Source: Paramecium tetraurelia
Taxonomy: Eukaryota
Direction: 5' to 3'
Length of the DNA: 59,673 bases
NCBI GenBank assembly: GCA_000165425.1
Contig: CT868036.1
Coordinates: 186,001-245,673, forward strand
The notes under the pieces were generated by a model that did not search any database, was not told the origin of the DNA, and saw only the letters and a list, made by a program, of their open reading frames with translations. This document shows, piece after piece, positions 27,382 through 40,661 of this stretch. Each line of letters begins with the position of its first letter. The stretch's first letter is position 1. Made by a program: the position numbers and the translations under genes.

Positions 27382-29087
27382 ATGAAATCAAGCATACAAT
27401 CATATGGATTTCAAATAAGTATTATACGCTTCGGAGATGAAAAAGTATACGAGTACAAATCGATCAACAACAACATAGCAGAGGAGTTTTTGATGTGTGA
27501 CTTGTTCATACACTCCCCGTATTTGCGACAACATACTAAAATGATTAATAAGGAAAAATTCATATTCAAATTTGAGACTGATAAATTACTTTCATCTCTT
27601 CAAACACAAGATGAAAACTTATTGGTAAAGATAGCACGTATTTTAAATTATTAATAACCATAGGATAGTTGTTAGAAGCAATTTAGATTTTACATTAACA
27701 CAACATCCCAGGGAGAACTTTCAATATTAATAATATATTGTGGAATGAAACCTAATAAAAAATCACTCTAATGGAGTTTGGCTTATCCTCTCCACTAATA
27801 ATCTACCCTCCAGAATTGCTCAATAAAAAATATCGATGTTATGGAATTGAAATTGATTAATTCTTGATAGGGTGTGTACTTTACCAATTGTATTTTCGAA
27901 AACCTTTAGAATTATAAGAACAACTATTAGATATGAACTTTCGCGATTTAAATATGGAATTATCTAAAATTCGATCACCGCTCATTAAAGAACTCTTGAT
28001 TGGACTACTTCAATTTAATTTATCCAAAAGAATGCAATTTAAAGATCTGGCTAGACTCCTTAAGAGCAATCAGGGTATACAAGAATTTTATTCTTAAATT
28101 AAAACATTCAAACCAAAATAGAATATTATTGACTAGAGGATTTTCTTCAGAGAATCAAGATAAGAGAAGAGTTCCACTTACATTCTCACTGATACTGCCT
28201 TATAAGAGTCTTTGATTATTCCACTAGATTAATCTTTAAGCTCTTTTCAATCAACAACATAAGAATCCTTTAAACAAGTAAAGAAATTTTCAATTGTTGA
28301 AAACACCTTGATGGAGTACCAATTTAAATTAGAGGTAAGTAAATTCCAATGTTTCGATGAAGTTATAAGTATTCTGAAAGATTACAACCAAGACATAGTC
28401 CCTGAACTATGTTTAACAATATTGGCACTTAATTTTGGAAAAGTCTACTTTCACCTATATTTGATTAGAGAACTAGAAATTGAAAATTCTACTTGCTTCT
28501 CTAAAGATGATCTAGAAATGAAGTTATGGAAATCATATAAAACTTTTAATTCCAAAACAATAAACGATGAAGTTTAAAAATTAAAAACCAATGCAAATAT
28601 GTTGAAAGTGTCATTTGATAGGGAAAATGAAATAAAATGCGTTTAATTACAGATTAATAAGAATGAAGTCGATAATTTAGATTTGTTGTAATTATAGTTG
28701 TTTAATCTTTAATACTTCAATAATTCTTTGAGTAATTAGGAACAATCAAACAAATTTCTTGATGCATATCGAACTTAATGTTTGATTCAATTGCAAATAA
28801 TAAATGAAAATCTTGATTTTACAATGAATCTCCAAACAGCTCAAAAACTAAGGTAGGGCTTGATTTTATGCGCATTTGCAGATATCCTCTTTAAACCATA
28901 ACTTGAATGTCATAAATATATTTTGGAAACCTTGAATATCAAAGAGATTTCAAATTATCAGCAATTTATTGAATACATTAAACTAGATATCAACTCATTC
29001 AATGAATGGTTCTAGTAGGTGGTTAATTACTTGATGAAGCACGAAATAGGTAGAAAATATATCAACTATTTGAATTTAATATTATGA
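27382..29087 (+). CDS. pseudokinase-domain protein, ~559 aa
   Basis: LHQHNIPGRTFNINNIL (HRD lost), LMEFG (DFG lost), YPPE, DQFLIGCVLYQLYF; 26-nt intron 27638-27663. Confidence 0.78.
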
Positions 29088-29168
29088 TTAATAAATAATT
29101 ATAATTTTTGGGACCTCCGCTTCTATTGATCGAAACTATATTAAAATTATCATATCTCAATTTAAATA

Positions 29169-30965
29169 ATGAATATTAATCAAATTGGGGAGCCATCCAG
29201 AATAAAGTCTTGTACTTTTGATATAAGAGAGGTATCCATTTAAGGTCAAAAATATTTTGCTTATTACAAGAAAAATACGATGAATCAAGACTTAGATGAA
29301 TATCTAGCTCTGGATTTAAACTTAGTTCATAATTGCAAGTATCTCAGAAATTACAAAAGGAGTGCAGATGGGCATAATTATAAAGCCTTTGAATATCCTG
29401 GGGAATACAAACTATTAAGAGATCTCATTAAACCCAAAGAAGAAACAATATTGAATATTGTTTCTGATTTAGTGTCTGCTTTAATGATTTTACATTCTAA
29501 TTCACTTCTTGGTAGATGTTTCAATATTGATAATATTATTCTGATTAATGGAACGACCCCAATGTTAATGGAATTTGGATACTATCCAAAAATGGATTAC
29601 AAAGTGCCTGAATAAGTAATCAGCACTCAACTGAATGAGAAGGTAGACTTGTTCTTGCTAGGTAGAGTGATCTATTATCTAACTGTTGGTAAAGAGTTGC
29701 CAAATTACACTCTTAATAATTTTGGTGAAAATGAAGATAAAATTAATCTTGCTATTGCAGAAACAAACTACTCTTAAAAATTAAAAATATTTATTTAAGG
29801 ACTACTCTAAAAAAATAGATCTTAAAGAACTGATTATTTAAAATTGGTTTAGATGTTTGATACTCCAAACAGTTCAATATTGTTGAGTTTTTATTAGAAT
29901 GAGTTTTAGAATTGCAATATAATAATCAATGAGCAATTATAAGCAAGATAAAACCAAGATGTTGAAATTGAAGAAATAGTTCCATTTATTATTGTCCCTA
30001 TTATTAATCCTAACAAAATTAAAGGACCTTATGTTTAATAAAGATAAAAACCTAATATTATAGGAGATAATTTAGAACCACCGGAATCGCCATCCTTTTT
30101 AGGTGATGAAGACAATTTCAATCCTCCTATTTTAAATACATAGCACCCATTAATTAATTGTTTTGAGGTGGATTCAGAAGAAATTAATAGAGAGCTATAA
30201 AATATATTACCATTTTATATTGAGTCTTTTGATCAATAATCAATCTGGAATAATATATTCTTTTCTTTATATCGTTTTGGTTTGGTGAAAAAATTGAATG
30301 AGATGATCAAAAATTTTAAAAGATTAAGTGATGATTTAACTTTATGGAAGACCAGCTTTGCCTTAAGTAAAATACATATAGTTTTGCAAATAGAATTTAT
30401 TAATGACTTAAATTAGGACAAAAATGTATTTGGTATACACTAAGGCGATTGGGTTTAATTTATTTCTAAGAATAAAGATTATAAAATAATGAAACACAAA
30501 TTGCAATATGAATTGGAAAAAGATCAGAAACTCTTCATTGGTCTTACATTCTCTTAATTATACAAAGGATATTCAATATTTAGATAAAATCCACCATAAA
30601 ATGATCATTTTTTAAACAATGTAATTATAATACTAAAATAATAGAATTTGCAATACGAGACTTTTGAAGAATATAAATTAGCATATAGAGGAATTTTAAG
30701 TGAATCTTTAGCATTCTTTGAAAAATGTTAGGGAAGAGAGTATTCTTTAATTAAATTATTTCTTCTAATATGCCTGAAAATAAACAACATATGTGACATA
30801 GACGCAATTTAAGAAAATTTTAAATATGTGGGGCAAGTCTTAAATTTACCATAAGTTAGTTCAATTAAAGAAATAGAATACTTTTTCAAAAATAAAAGTG
30901 AAACTAATTTTGATGAATTTTATAACATAATAAAAAGTAAATTCTTTGCTTAAAATCAATAATGA
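29169..30965 (+). CDS. pseudokinase-domain protein, 598 aa; paralogue of the upstream gene
   Basis: Intronless; LHSNSLLGRCFNIDNII, LMEFG, KVPE, KVDLFLLGRVIYYL. Confidence 0.82.
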
Positions 30966-31244
30966 ATTATTATATAATCTATTTGTCATTAAATTTCATT
31001 GAGATTTATTTATCAATATTATTTATATAGGTTGAGCTACTGATAAGAATTATTTACATTAAAAAACTTATATAATTGCATTATAGTTTAATAATAATAT
31101 AAGAGAACGTTTCTTTCTTGTCATTTTCTTAAATAGATATTTTTTTAATATATTGAAAGTTGTAAATATTACAAATCATACTTTTGGATAATTTCTGATT
31201 TAATAGATTATATAATAAAATAATTTAATTATAAAAATAATAAT

Positions 31245-32703
31245 TCATTGAGTACATTATATCTTTTGATTTTTGGGCGATGTCACATTATTTGGATCTC
31301 CTTATAATCCTAACTAAAATGCGTGCCATTTTGATGGTAGAGGAGGTTCCTATGCGTGTAGAGATTACTTATCCGATATTTTATCTTAATTTTCAGATTC
31401 TTTATCTAGTTCAATTTCTATCTCCTATTTGATCGCCATATCTTTTTCATTTATTTAGTCTTCTTTGGCAACTACTTATTCGACATTATAAGGTAATCCT
31501 AATACATGACTATTTTGAGGACAGTGATTCTGATTTTCATTATCAATATCATCTTCATCAGAACTTTCATTTAACTAAGGTTCTGAATCTTCAACTATCA
31601 CTTGATTATATATCTATTTGTCTTTCAAGTCATCCAAATCTTTTGGTTTTGACAATTATTTAATCTATTGTTTTTTATCTTAATCATTTCCAGGAGTAGT
31701 AGGTTTAGAAGTGAATAAACTAGGAATTTATGTAAATTATTGCTAAGTCTATTAATTGTTTTTCTTACCATCTTCTTATTTATTAGAGAAATAATTTGGA
31801 TTAGATTTCTTTGTATCTCCAGTCTTTAAAGATAATTGTGATTTTAAATCGAAACGCTTTGATGTTGATAATAATTATCCATAACCAGTACTACTCTCAT
31901 TTTGTATCTATTTATTTTATACATTCTATGTTTTCATCACCTTATCCTTAGATTCTTTTTTGGCTTTGATATATTCATACGTAGATATATTATTCCATCT
32001 AACATAAATGATATTTGATTACTTGAAGTATAAGTGCATAATTAATAAGTATGCCAACACAATAAATACTGGTGGGTCTACTGCTATACAAATATACACA
32101 AACACCTCAAAATTGGTATGCAGAACAAGTAATTTGATATCTTAACCAATTCTAAATATCTTGAGTGCAACTAATGACAATACTAAGACAAAGAAGTAGG
32201 AATAATTCTTATCTCCAATACAATTATTCAACCAAATACAATGATGATCGAATTTTGATACGCATCTAATTACTACTCTTTAATACTTATTGCAACTCCA
32301 ACAGTGTTTCGTTTTCTCTTGAACATGTGCTTAGCATACCAAACAATATGATTTAATGTCAGTCTTAAATTCTTTTCTTCGAATAGCAATATTTAATTAT
32401 ACCCTTGTAGTTTTGATAATTTTTCTTCCTTTACTAGAGAATCAGTAGGATCTATTAATGTGGCTCTGAGACATGAATAAATAATGCAAGTAGCTATTGC
32501 TGTGAGAAGTATTAATTGGAGTTCCTGAATGAAAACATCAATACCTTCATTCCTGTTTCTTCAAATTCAAAGGCAAAAAAATTTGCCACAATTATATCAT
32601 ATAGAGTGTATATCCAACTAAGTGATTGGTAAGGGTTGACTCCATTAATCAATCCATTTCTGCGGACTGGCCTGAGACGCCCTTGTTTTATATCAACGTC
32701 CAT
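31245..32703 (-). CDS. DHHC palmitoyltransferase
   Basis: RRNG..PYQSLSW N-terminus; [44 protein letters not shown] segments; LTYEYI motif; short introns. Confidence 0.93.
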
Positions 32704-32982
32704 TATTAATATTTAAAATATGCATATGAATCATAATTTATTGAGCAAGTAAATCATATGTGTAATCTCATTTATTTAACCATTTCATTTTTCTCCTCCT
32801 CATTACAATATTAATCTTTGAAAATTACATAACTTATAGTACTCTTATAGTCAGGCTTAATTTAAATTAATAATTCGCTCAATGTGATAAATAATTTCTG
32901 ATAGAATAATTGAAGCTCATTACATTATCATAACAAAAACTTTGAAAATACATTGTTTTATATTGATATTATGATAAAGGAC

Positions 32983-33336
32983 TCATTAACTCAAATATGT
33001 TGCCATGCTTCCAGTTGCACCTGTACAGAATCCTTATGAAACATATTTTACAAATCCTTCTGGAAGATATGCTACCAGTCCTGTTGAATTAAACATTCCT
33101 TGAATAGTTTTATTCGGTCCAACTTGTAACTGTGCAACAGGTGTCCAATTATTTGACAGATTTGATATAGAAGTAGCAGTTGTTCCGGTGTCAGGCATAT
33201 TATGGACTAGATAGCTGCCAGAATCATTAACAACTACAATTCCCCAATGTCCAACAATATCAACAACTTCTAAAGATCCTTCTTTAGGTCTTTTATAGAT
33301 AGTGGCTGAATGAATTTTATCAAGGAGGTATGACAT
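32983..33336 (-). CDS. small permuted papain-like (NlpC/P60; LRAT/PPPDE-like) protein, 117 aa
   Basis: Extends the ORF-track peptide through TAA=Gln to YVSQGFCTGATGSMATYLSQ*; GHWGIVV..YLVHN..GFCT gives His-His-Cys order. Confidence 0.6.
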
Positions 33337-34155
33337 ATATTTAGAAAATTATTATCATAAAAAAATATGAAGAAAGATTTTAATAAATAAAGTGGAGGGT
33401 ATCTTCCACCATCCCCTTCTTAGAATAATCAAAATGTTACGTATTAAGGAACACTCAATTAATTATTAAGTAAAATTTTTCTCTACTATACAGATCCTTT
33501 TAATATTTATAATAGATTCGATATTCTTCTTTGTAATCCTCTCAAGTATAAACATCTTCTATCTTCAAAATATCTTGATGTCAACCTATATTACTAAAAG
33601 TCTAATTAATTTATGTAACTCTAAGATAAGGGCACCTATTTTCAGTCTACTCCTTTACTAATAACATGAATTCTATTAGGCGTAATTCTAGATATTACTA
33701 TTATTAAAATAGGTTAATAATTTTTTGCTTCTGCTGATTAAATATATATTGCATAATAACCTAAAAACGACAAGGTATATTAATGACTTTATAGAGATAA
33801 TTAATAATAATCTATCTAATTTATTGATTACTTTATTACGATTTGTATCCTCATTAATTTATTTGTATTCCTGTCTATAAACCAGAATATAACCTGAATG
33901 AGTTGAATGCACGAATATATAACACATCAATATTGCAAATTATATATAGATACTAAAATAATATATAAAATATATTTATAGAATAGTAGATCAAAAATAA
34001 TATTGTTTATTTTGATAGAATGTAACAATCTCTAATTTTTGGAATTGTGATTATTCATAGTTATATTTATTTATATATTTCTTATTAATTATATTTATTT
34101 GGCGTAGATGATAATAATAATATAAAGTAAAAGTGTAATAATATTAATTATTAAT

Positions 34156-35539
34156 ATGGATCACATGGAGTAATTGTGTTAGTCTGAATAATAGAAACCT
34201 CAATACCAATAACTTGTATTGCCAATTTACTAATAATAACTGTTCGTTTCTCACGGACCAAAATTGGGAAGAAGTGTACAACTTAAATGCAAGGGTTTCG
34301 ATTAAGTTGATTCTCATCAATCTGGCGATCCAAATTATCATCAAATTTCATAGAATCAGTAATCCTTTAATGGCAAAACAGTTCATTCCTAAATGCAGTC
34401 CATGGTATCTCAAGAAATAAAAACTGAAGGTTTAAAAGTTTTGGTAACTGAGGAAGCAAGATAAAAAAAAATAATCTTAAGAGGAGATTCTGGATTATCC
34501 TGGTAATCAGAACTAAGACTTGAGATTAAACCTGAAGAATAATCAAAAGAATCAAAAGATTTATAAGAATGTCAAATCTGCTATGTTGATAAACCCAAAG
34601 AATAATTCATAGCCCCACTAAATTGCAAACATGACTTCTGTAGTGATTGTCTCTCTTAACATCTCACTTAAAACATTTTGAAGGGCAACGTTCTAAGTAT
34701 CACTTGTCCACAAACTTCGTGTACTGTAGCATTTAATGATGAACAAATTAAAGGGCTAGTTTAGGAGAAGATATATGAAAAATATAAGAGATTCTATAAC
34801 AGACAAGTAATTAGTTAGAACAAAAATGTGAGATGGTGTCCAAAACCAGTAATATATATTTTTTATAATAGGATTGTGAAAATTATGTAATAGGAAATGG
34901 AAATGATTTACTTACTTGCATTTGTGGATAATCTATTTGTTTTCAATGTGGGAATCAATATCATAAAGGAATGAATTGCATTTAAGCTATGGATGCTCAA
35001 TATTTGTAAGCCAGAAAGGATAATCTAATATTTGATTGTCCCAGTTGCAAGGCTCCTATCCAAAAAAAAGGAGGGTGCAATCACATGACCTGTTACAAAT
35101 GCAAATATTAATTCTGTTGGCTATGCAGAGGCAAGTATTCCTCATATCATTATGTAATTTTCAACGTATTCGGATGTGTCTGTAATTAATCATTTCAATC
35201 ATAGTCCCTGGTGGATAGGGATCCAATCTCTAACCTTTCAAAAATCCTATGTTGCTAAGAGTTATGATGATCATTCCAAAAATATTACTTACTATTGTCC
35301 TCGTTTCAGTATTATTAGCCCTTTTGCCATTCTTCCTCATGTACTTAATAGTTGCAGCTCCTTATGAACTTTCTAGAAGACTATGTGGATTTAGATTAAG
35401 AAGATATAGATTAGGAGGCAAAATAGGTTTTGGAATACTTTACTTCTTTTTGGGAGTATTATTATCCCCTTTGACAGTTGCCATTGCCATACTGGTCAGC
35501 CCGTGTTTTTTGATATTTTATTTGTTGGATAATATCTGA
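34156..35539 (+). CDS. RBR (RING-IBR-RING) E3 ubiquitin ligase with C-terminal TM segments, ~445 aa
   Basis: [67 protein letters not shown]; hydrophobic C-terminus; two ~23-nt introns. Confidence 0.92.
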
Positions 35540-35594
35540 TTTATTATACTAATTTTATATATTTTTTATTAGCATCTTCCTTTATAATTATTAA

Positions 35595-36281
35595 TCATTA
35601 AATGTCCTTAAGATGAATAAATATTTCGTTAACTCTAATACACTCCAACTGACATTTCTCACATGTTGTTTTATCCTCATCCTATTTCTCCCTGCATTTT
35701 GGACATATTTTCACTCCTTGACCTTTCTTCTCAAAAAATATGTAATTTGTTTAACAATTCTAACATTTCGGATTTTCTATTGATTCTCTAGGTGTCATAC
35801 AAGCCAAACAATGTTTCAAATAATCTAAATTTAAAATTTTTAGATTGATAACCTTAATTCATAATTGGATCAAAAAGTTTGAAATCAATTAACAGTTGTA
35901 ATTCATCCATTGATCCAATATATACTTTGTGAATGAATATGAAAGGCAATGGGTCTTAATTTAATCTTTATTGCTTCACCCATTATTAACACATTGGATT
36001 ATCACACAAATTAAATCCAAAAGATTTTAACTTCTTGTTTTTTATAAAAGTCAATAATCTAAATTTATATCTGAGTATATAACCTTTAAGTGGATGTTGT
36101 TGCTTTCATGTTGAAACTGATGCTCGAATAATAGAAATGAAATTTCTCCCTTAGTGAAGGAACAACTTGTCTGGAAGCTTTAATGTGCTTTCTTAATCTC
36201 CAAAACTTTTAAATTGTCAAAGCATTAATTTCTTATTCCTATTTTATTATTGAATTATACTATTTCTTGATCTTAATCCAT
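35595..36281 (-). CDS. hypothetical protein with C-terminal zinc-ribbon CxxC pairs
   Basis: CLAC..CQNC..CPKC..CEKC near the C-terminus; ATG 36281, TGA 35595-35597; at least two short introns, exon model not fully resolved. Confidence 0.65.
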
Positions 36282-36321
36282 TGATAAATAATATAAAAAA
36301 ACTATAATATTTAATATCAAT

Positions 36322-37440
36322 TCATGATTTTTGTAGTGCCTTAAACATATTACTAATATCAACAGAGCAAGTAGTATTACCTGACCTTGGAATAAATGGA
36401 TGATTCATTAATTTTATAACATTCCATCTCTTATGGGGTTCTTATCTATTATAATTTGACTTTTCAATTTACTAAAAACAATGTGCTAGAAATTCTTTTA
36501 TCTAAGAGCTTAAGTTTGGTGGGAAGGCTGGAGGCTATCCTTTCATGATCTCCATAATAATTTGGTATTAATTTTTGGTTTCATCTGACCAAGGAGGTTT
36601 ACCTGTGAGCATCTCAATAATTGTGCATCCCAAAGACCAGATGTCTGCAAATCTCCCATGTCCCTTTCCACTAATCACTTCAGGTGCCATCCAATTAGGA
36701 GTTCCTGTAAAAGTCTTGCATTCCTCTTTGGCAAATGACAACCTTTTACTGGAGCCAAAATCAGCCAATTTACAAACTCCAGCTCCATCTACGAGAATGT
36801 TCGCTCCTTTAATATCTCTATGAATAATTCCATTTTTATGTAAATACTCAATCCCAGAGAGTATTTATTTGGTGTAGATTTGGACTAGATTCTCTGGGAA
36901 TTTGCCATACCTTTCTAATAATGATTTAATAGATCCACCGGACACATGTTCTAGAAACAAATTAATATGACTTTAAGTTTGTTCCATTCCTAAATACTTT
37001 ACAATGTTTGGATGATCTAATTTTGATAGTACTCTTATTTCCTATTCAAATTAATCAATTTTCTAACTACTTCAAGATTCAATATATACAGCTTAAATTT
37101 GCTTTGGATTGAATCCTTTAATAGACAATTATTTCACAGCTATAAATTATCCCTATTCGATATCCTTGGCTAATTCAACAGAACCGAATGAACCAGACCC
37201 TAAATACTGATTTAAAGACTGCCATCTTTGATAATGATTTTAATTTTACTTAATACATTTATTTCCTATTTTTTAAACTTTAAATTCTTTATTTTCTAAC
37301 TCTTTCAGCTCTCCATCATCAAAATATTTATCATTGTTATCCTTTACTTCTGTGTGATTATCATCTATTAAGTATGGATTGGGCACATCAGCTAAAGTGC
37401 TGGGTGGACTTTTTTTATTTGTACAAACTACCGATCCCAT
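36322..37440 (-). CDS. STE11/NPK1-like MAPKKK-family kinase
   Basis: [73 protein letters not shown]-terminus [10 protein letters not shown]. Confidence 0.93.
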
Positions 37441-37478
37441 ATTTAATATAAATTTTTATATATAATCAAATGAAATTC

Positions 37479-38131
37479 TCATTTTCTATGAGACACTTTA
37501 ATAAATTAAGTTTAATCAATATCAATTTTGTGTTTTTTTAATGTACTATCTATCCATTCAATTAACTTCCCAATGGATTCATCTTAATCTTTTGGATCAA
37601 TGTCCATCCATAATTCAATTCTTATTCTATTTCCTTATTTGGCATTAATTTTATCCAAAACTCTCAATCCATTAATCTAAATAAATAGATTTAGTTACGT
37701 GTCTTAATTCTTCTGTTGCTTATCCTATAATTTGCAAGAGAATATCAATATAAATCTAATCATAAACTGTATAATATTGTGTTGAAATGTCAAATTGAAC
37801 CTCTCCTCCATTTTTATTATTTTCATCCTCCCACCAAGGCTTGATGTCATTTTTAAAAAATTATATCGCTTCAATTTAAGCATCTGCATTCTCATCAGGA
37901 AATTGTTTAAATCTATACTATTAGATTGTAATACATCTTGCATTTTTAAGGTTCGCTTAAAATATCTGATAATTTTGAATATATAGTCTTTTTCATCAGA
38001 AATCCTAACTCCTCAACAGTTGAAAAAGAACAGATATCAACAATAGTTCTCTTATAATCTATGTTTTGACTAGCATTGTATTTCTCTGATATCGTCCATT
38101 TACTACTCAACTTATGAAATTTATCACTCAT
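37479..38131 (-). CDS. divergent eIF4E-family cap-binding protein, ~200 aa
   Basis: HKLSSKWT, FSTVEELG, FFKNDIKPWWEDENNKNGG, INGLRVLDK, RIELW; two short introns. Confidence 0.82.
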
Positions 38132-39580
38132 TAATATTATTTATACAGATCACAATTAATAAAAATAGTTTTCGTAGTTCAAAAATGCTAAATAGTGCGA
38201 ACAGATTTCCTGCGTTTCTTGACCTAATTCGTCATTTATTAGTCCTTGAACTCATATATAAGTTCATAAATGAAAGATTATATTAGGACCTGTCTTGAAA
38301 ATTCAGAGTAATTATTTAAGGTATTTCAGTAGTATCCTCTAGATAATTGAATAAATCGGATTATTTAAATTTTAAAATATTATTTCAATTTCTCTTATTT
38401 CAATATAACCATTGGTTAAGTTGTACAATAAGGTACCTTGTAAAACTATAATTCTCAGTCTTCTTTGAAGCTCATATATATCTATAGAATATCTATAGAG
38501 TATTTAAAATTCTTCTAACTCCAACCAACTGATGAAGATGAAACGCAAATTAAATCCTTGAGTTCAGACATAATCAAAACTGCTTTTCAAATTAATTAAA
38601 TGAATAATATGGTTTCTATCTATACATTATTTCATATTTTATCGCAAAGATCCATTCTCTTTTCAAGAATCAAATTATTTCCTAAATTCAGAAATTCTAA
38701 CATATTCATTGGCTATATGAAATTAGTCATTTTTCTATAAGTTATCTTTAAATAGCATTACGACTTAATAAACTTTGCTGCTTAATATCATAATATACTT
38801 TGTGCTAGTTCGATTATCAACTTGCGCTTTAAAACTCCAATATTTAAGTTTTAGTTATATAATGGTTTCAGATAAATAACTATATTAATTGAGATATTTC
38901 ATTTGCAAATAATTACGCTGAACCATATCAAATATATATATCAAAATCTGTATATAAGAAATTAAAACATGATAAATATGTTCATAAAATTATTTCAAAT
39001 TCATTATAAGGTAAGACTTTTGAATTATGTGATTTATTTATACTTAAATGTTAATAAAAAATCATAAATTGTATTTTGTATAGAAATTAAATAAATTTAA
39101 TATTTATGAATTAAAATTAAAGTTACAAAAAGAATAATACAAAAAGAAATTATGTATGTGATCATAATTACTTCTTATCTGTGGAAAGACCTCACACATT
39201 AATGGTCAACATAATTGAAGAAAAATTTGTCTTACCATCTATTTAAATAGACCCAACATTTAAATTAACATAGCAAGTAATCTGAAATTAAAATAATGAT
39301 CAGTTCAACAAGATTAGTAGTTAAATAGAAATTAACTTTCTAATAGACTTGAGATAGGTAATGAATAATTTTTAAAGAAGAGATTATAGAAAAAAGATAT
39401 AATTTCTTGGTCTATTGGATCCTTTTCTTTAATAGTAACTCAGGTTGGTTTTATTCATAAAGAAGAATTCGATTTGGATATTTTTCCGCAATGAGCTAAT
39501 CATTGAATATCATTAATTTACGTACTTAAAAAAAGTGTAAATCTTCCAAAGTTTGATATTTGATTTTGTTAATATATAAT

Positions 39581-40661
39581 ATGCTGAACAATCCAAACTC
39601 AGAAAATAAAAAGAGAATCCCTTGGTCAAATCGAGTACAAGTATTTTCTATTAAAGGAGGATTCCCTCTTGTAATCTTTTGTTGACATGTATGCAAGTAA
39701 AAAATAAGGTTGGAAATAAATCTCTGAATTGCTTATATAATAAGGCTATGAAAGGAATCCTAAAGATTGTAGAGAAAGATATTAAAATTATCTAGACTCA
39801 AAATTCAATAAAACAAAATTAACAGAGCAAGAGGTCGATATTCTTTTTGAACTCATTATGAAATATGGGAATAAATGGGTATTAATTCCTTATTAATAGA
39901 CCTCAATTGCTGAAAAGCTCAATCATAGAACTGATTAAGATGTCAAGAATTAATTTTATGCTATTGTTAAAAAGGTGTTTAGAAGATTATTGAAAGCAAC
40001 TTTACCAAAAGATCAAAGAAATAAATGTTTAATCATTATTAATATTAGGTTCAAAAATAACAGCCTCTTTACGTCCTGCCCTTATTTCTCATATATTTTC
40101 TAATAATAAAGAAAATTCTCCTAAATAATTCAATATTTCTAAATAAATGAAAGACCTTTTCAAAAATTTAATACTTGATAATAAATCAATTTAGTTGGGA
40201 GATGAATTAGATGAAAAAGAGAAAAAAAGAGTACGAACAGTATCAGATTATTTGGGGAAGTAGAAGTAATTGTGTTGTTTAATTTAAGTTAAAAATATCT
40301 CGATAATAAAAATTTAGGAAACATAAATTAGAGAAAAATCATTAAGCCAAAACATAATAAAAAACTTAAGCTCTACAGCAATCAGAATCATCAAAACAAC
40401 ATACTATAACGAATTTTAAATAATCAACATATTTTTGATAATAATTTCTAGACCTTTTTTCCAGATTAAAATGTTGTAAATGAAGAAAAATAGTTTACAT
40501 AGACATAAGATTAATATAATTTACCACAATTATTTATCAGCTCCAGACCCCCATTTTATCTGCTTTCGTGCTATAAATAGAAATAAAATAATTTAAATTT
40601 ATCATTAAATTATTCTCCATTATATGAACCATACTAGGACACAAGCAACTTAAATATCTGA
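39581..40661 (+). CDS. Myb (two-repeat) DNA-binding protein
   Basis: RIPWSNREDSLL..GWKQISELL..RNPKDCRERYQNYLD..KYGNKWTSIAEKLNHRTDQDVKNQFY; several short introns. Confidence 0.88.

Noticed and set aside
1..35539. DWNN-RING, E2-E1 fusion, permuted papain and RBR E3 as one operon-like ubiquitin system
   Set aside because: They are spread over 35 kb among unrelated housekeeping genes, and ubiquitin-pathway genes are abundant in ciliates; proximity alone is not evidence.
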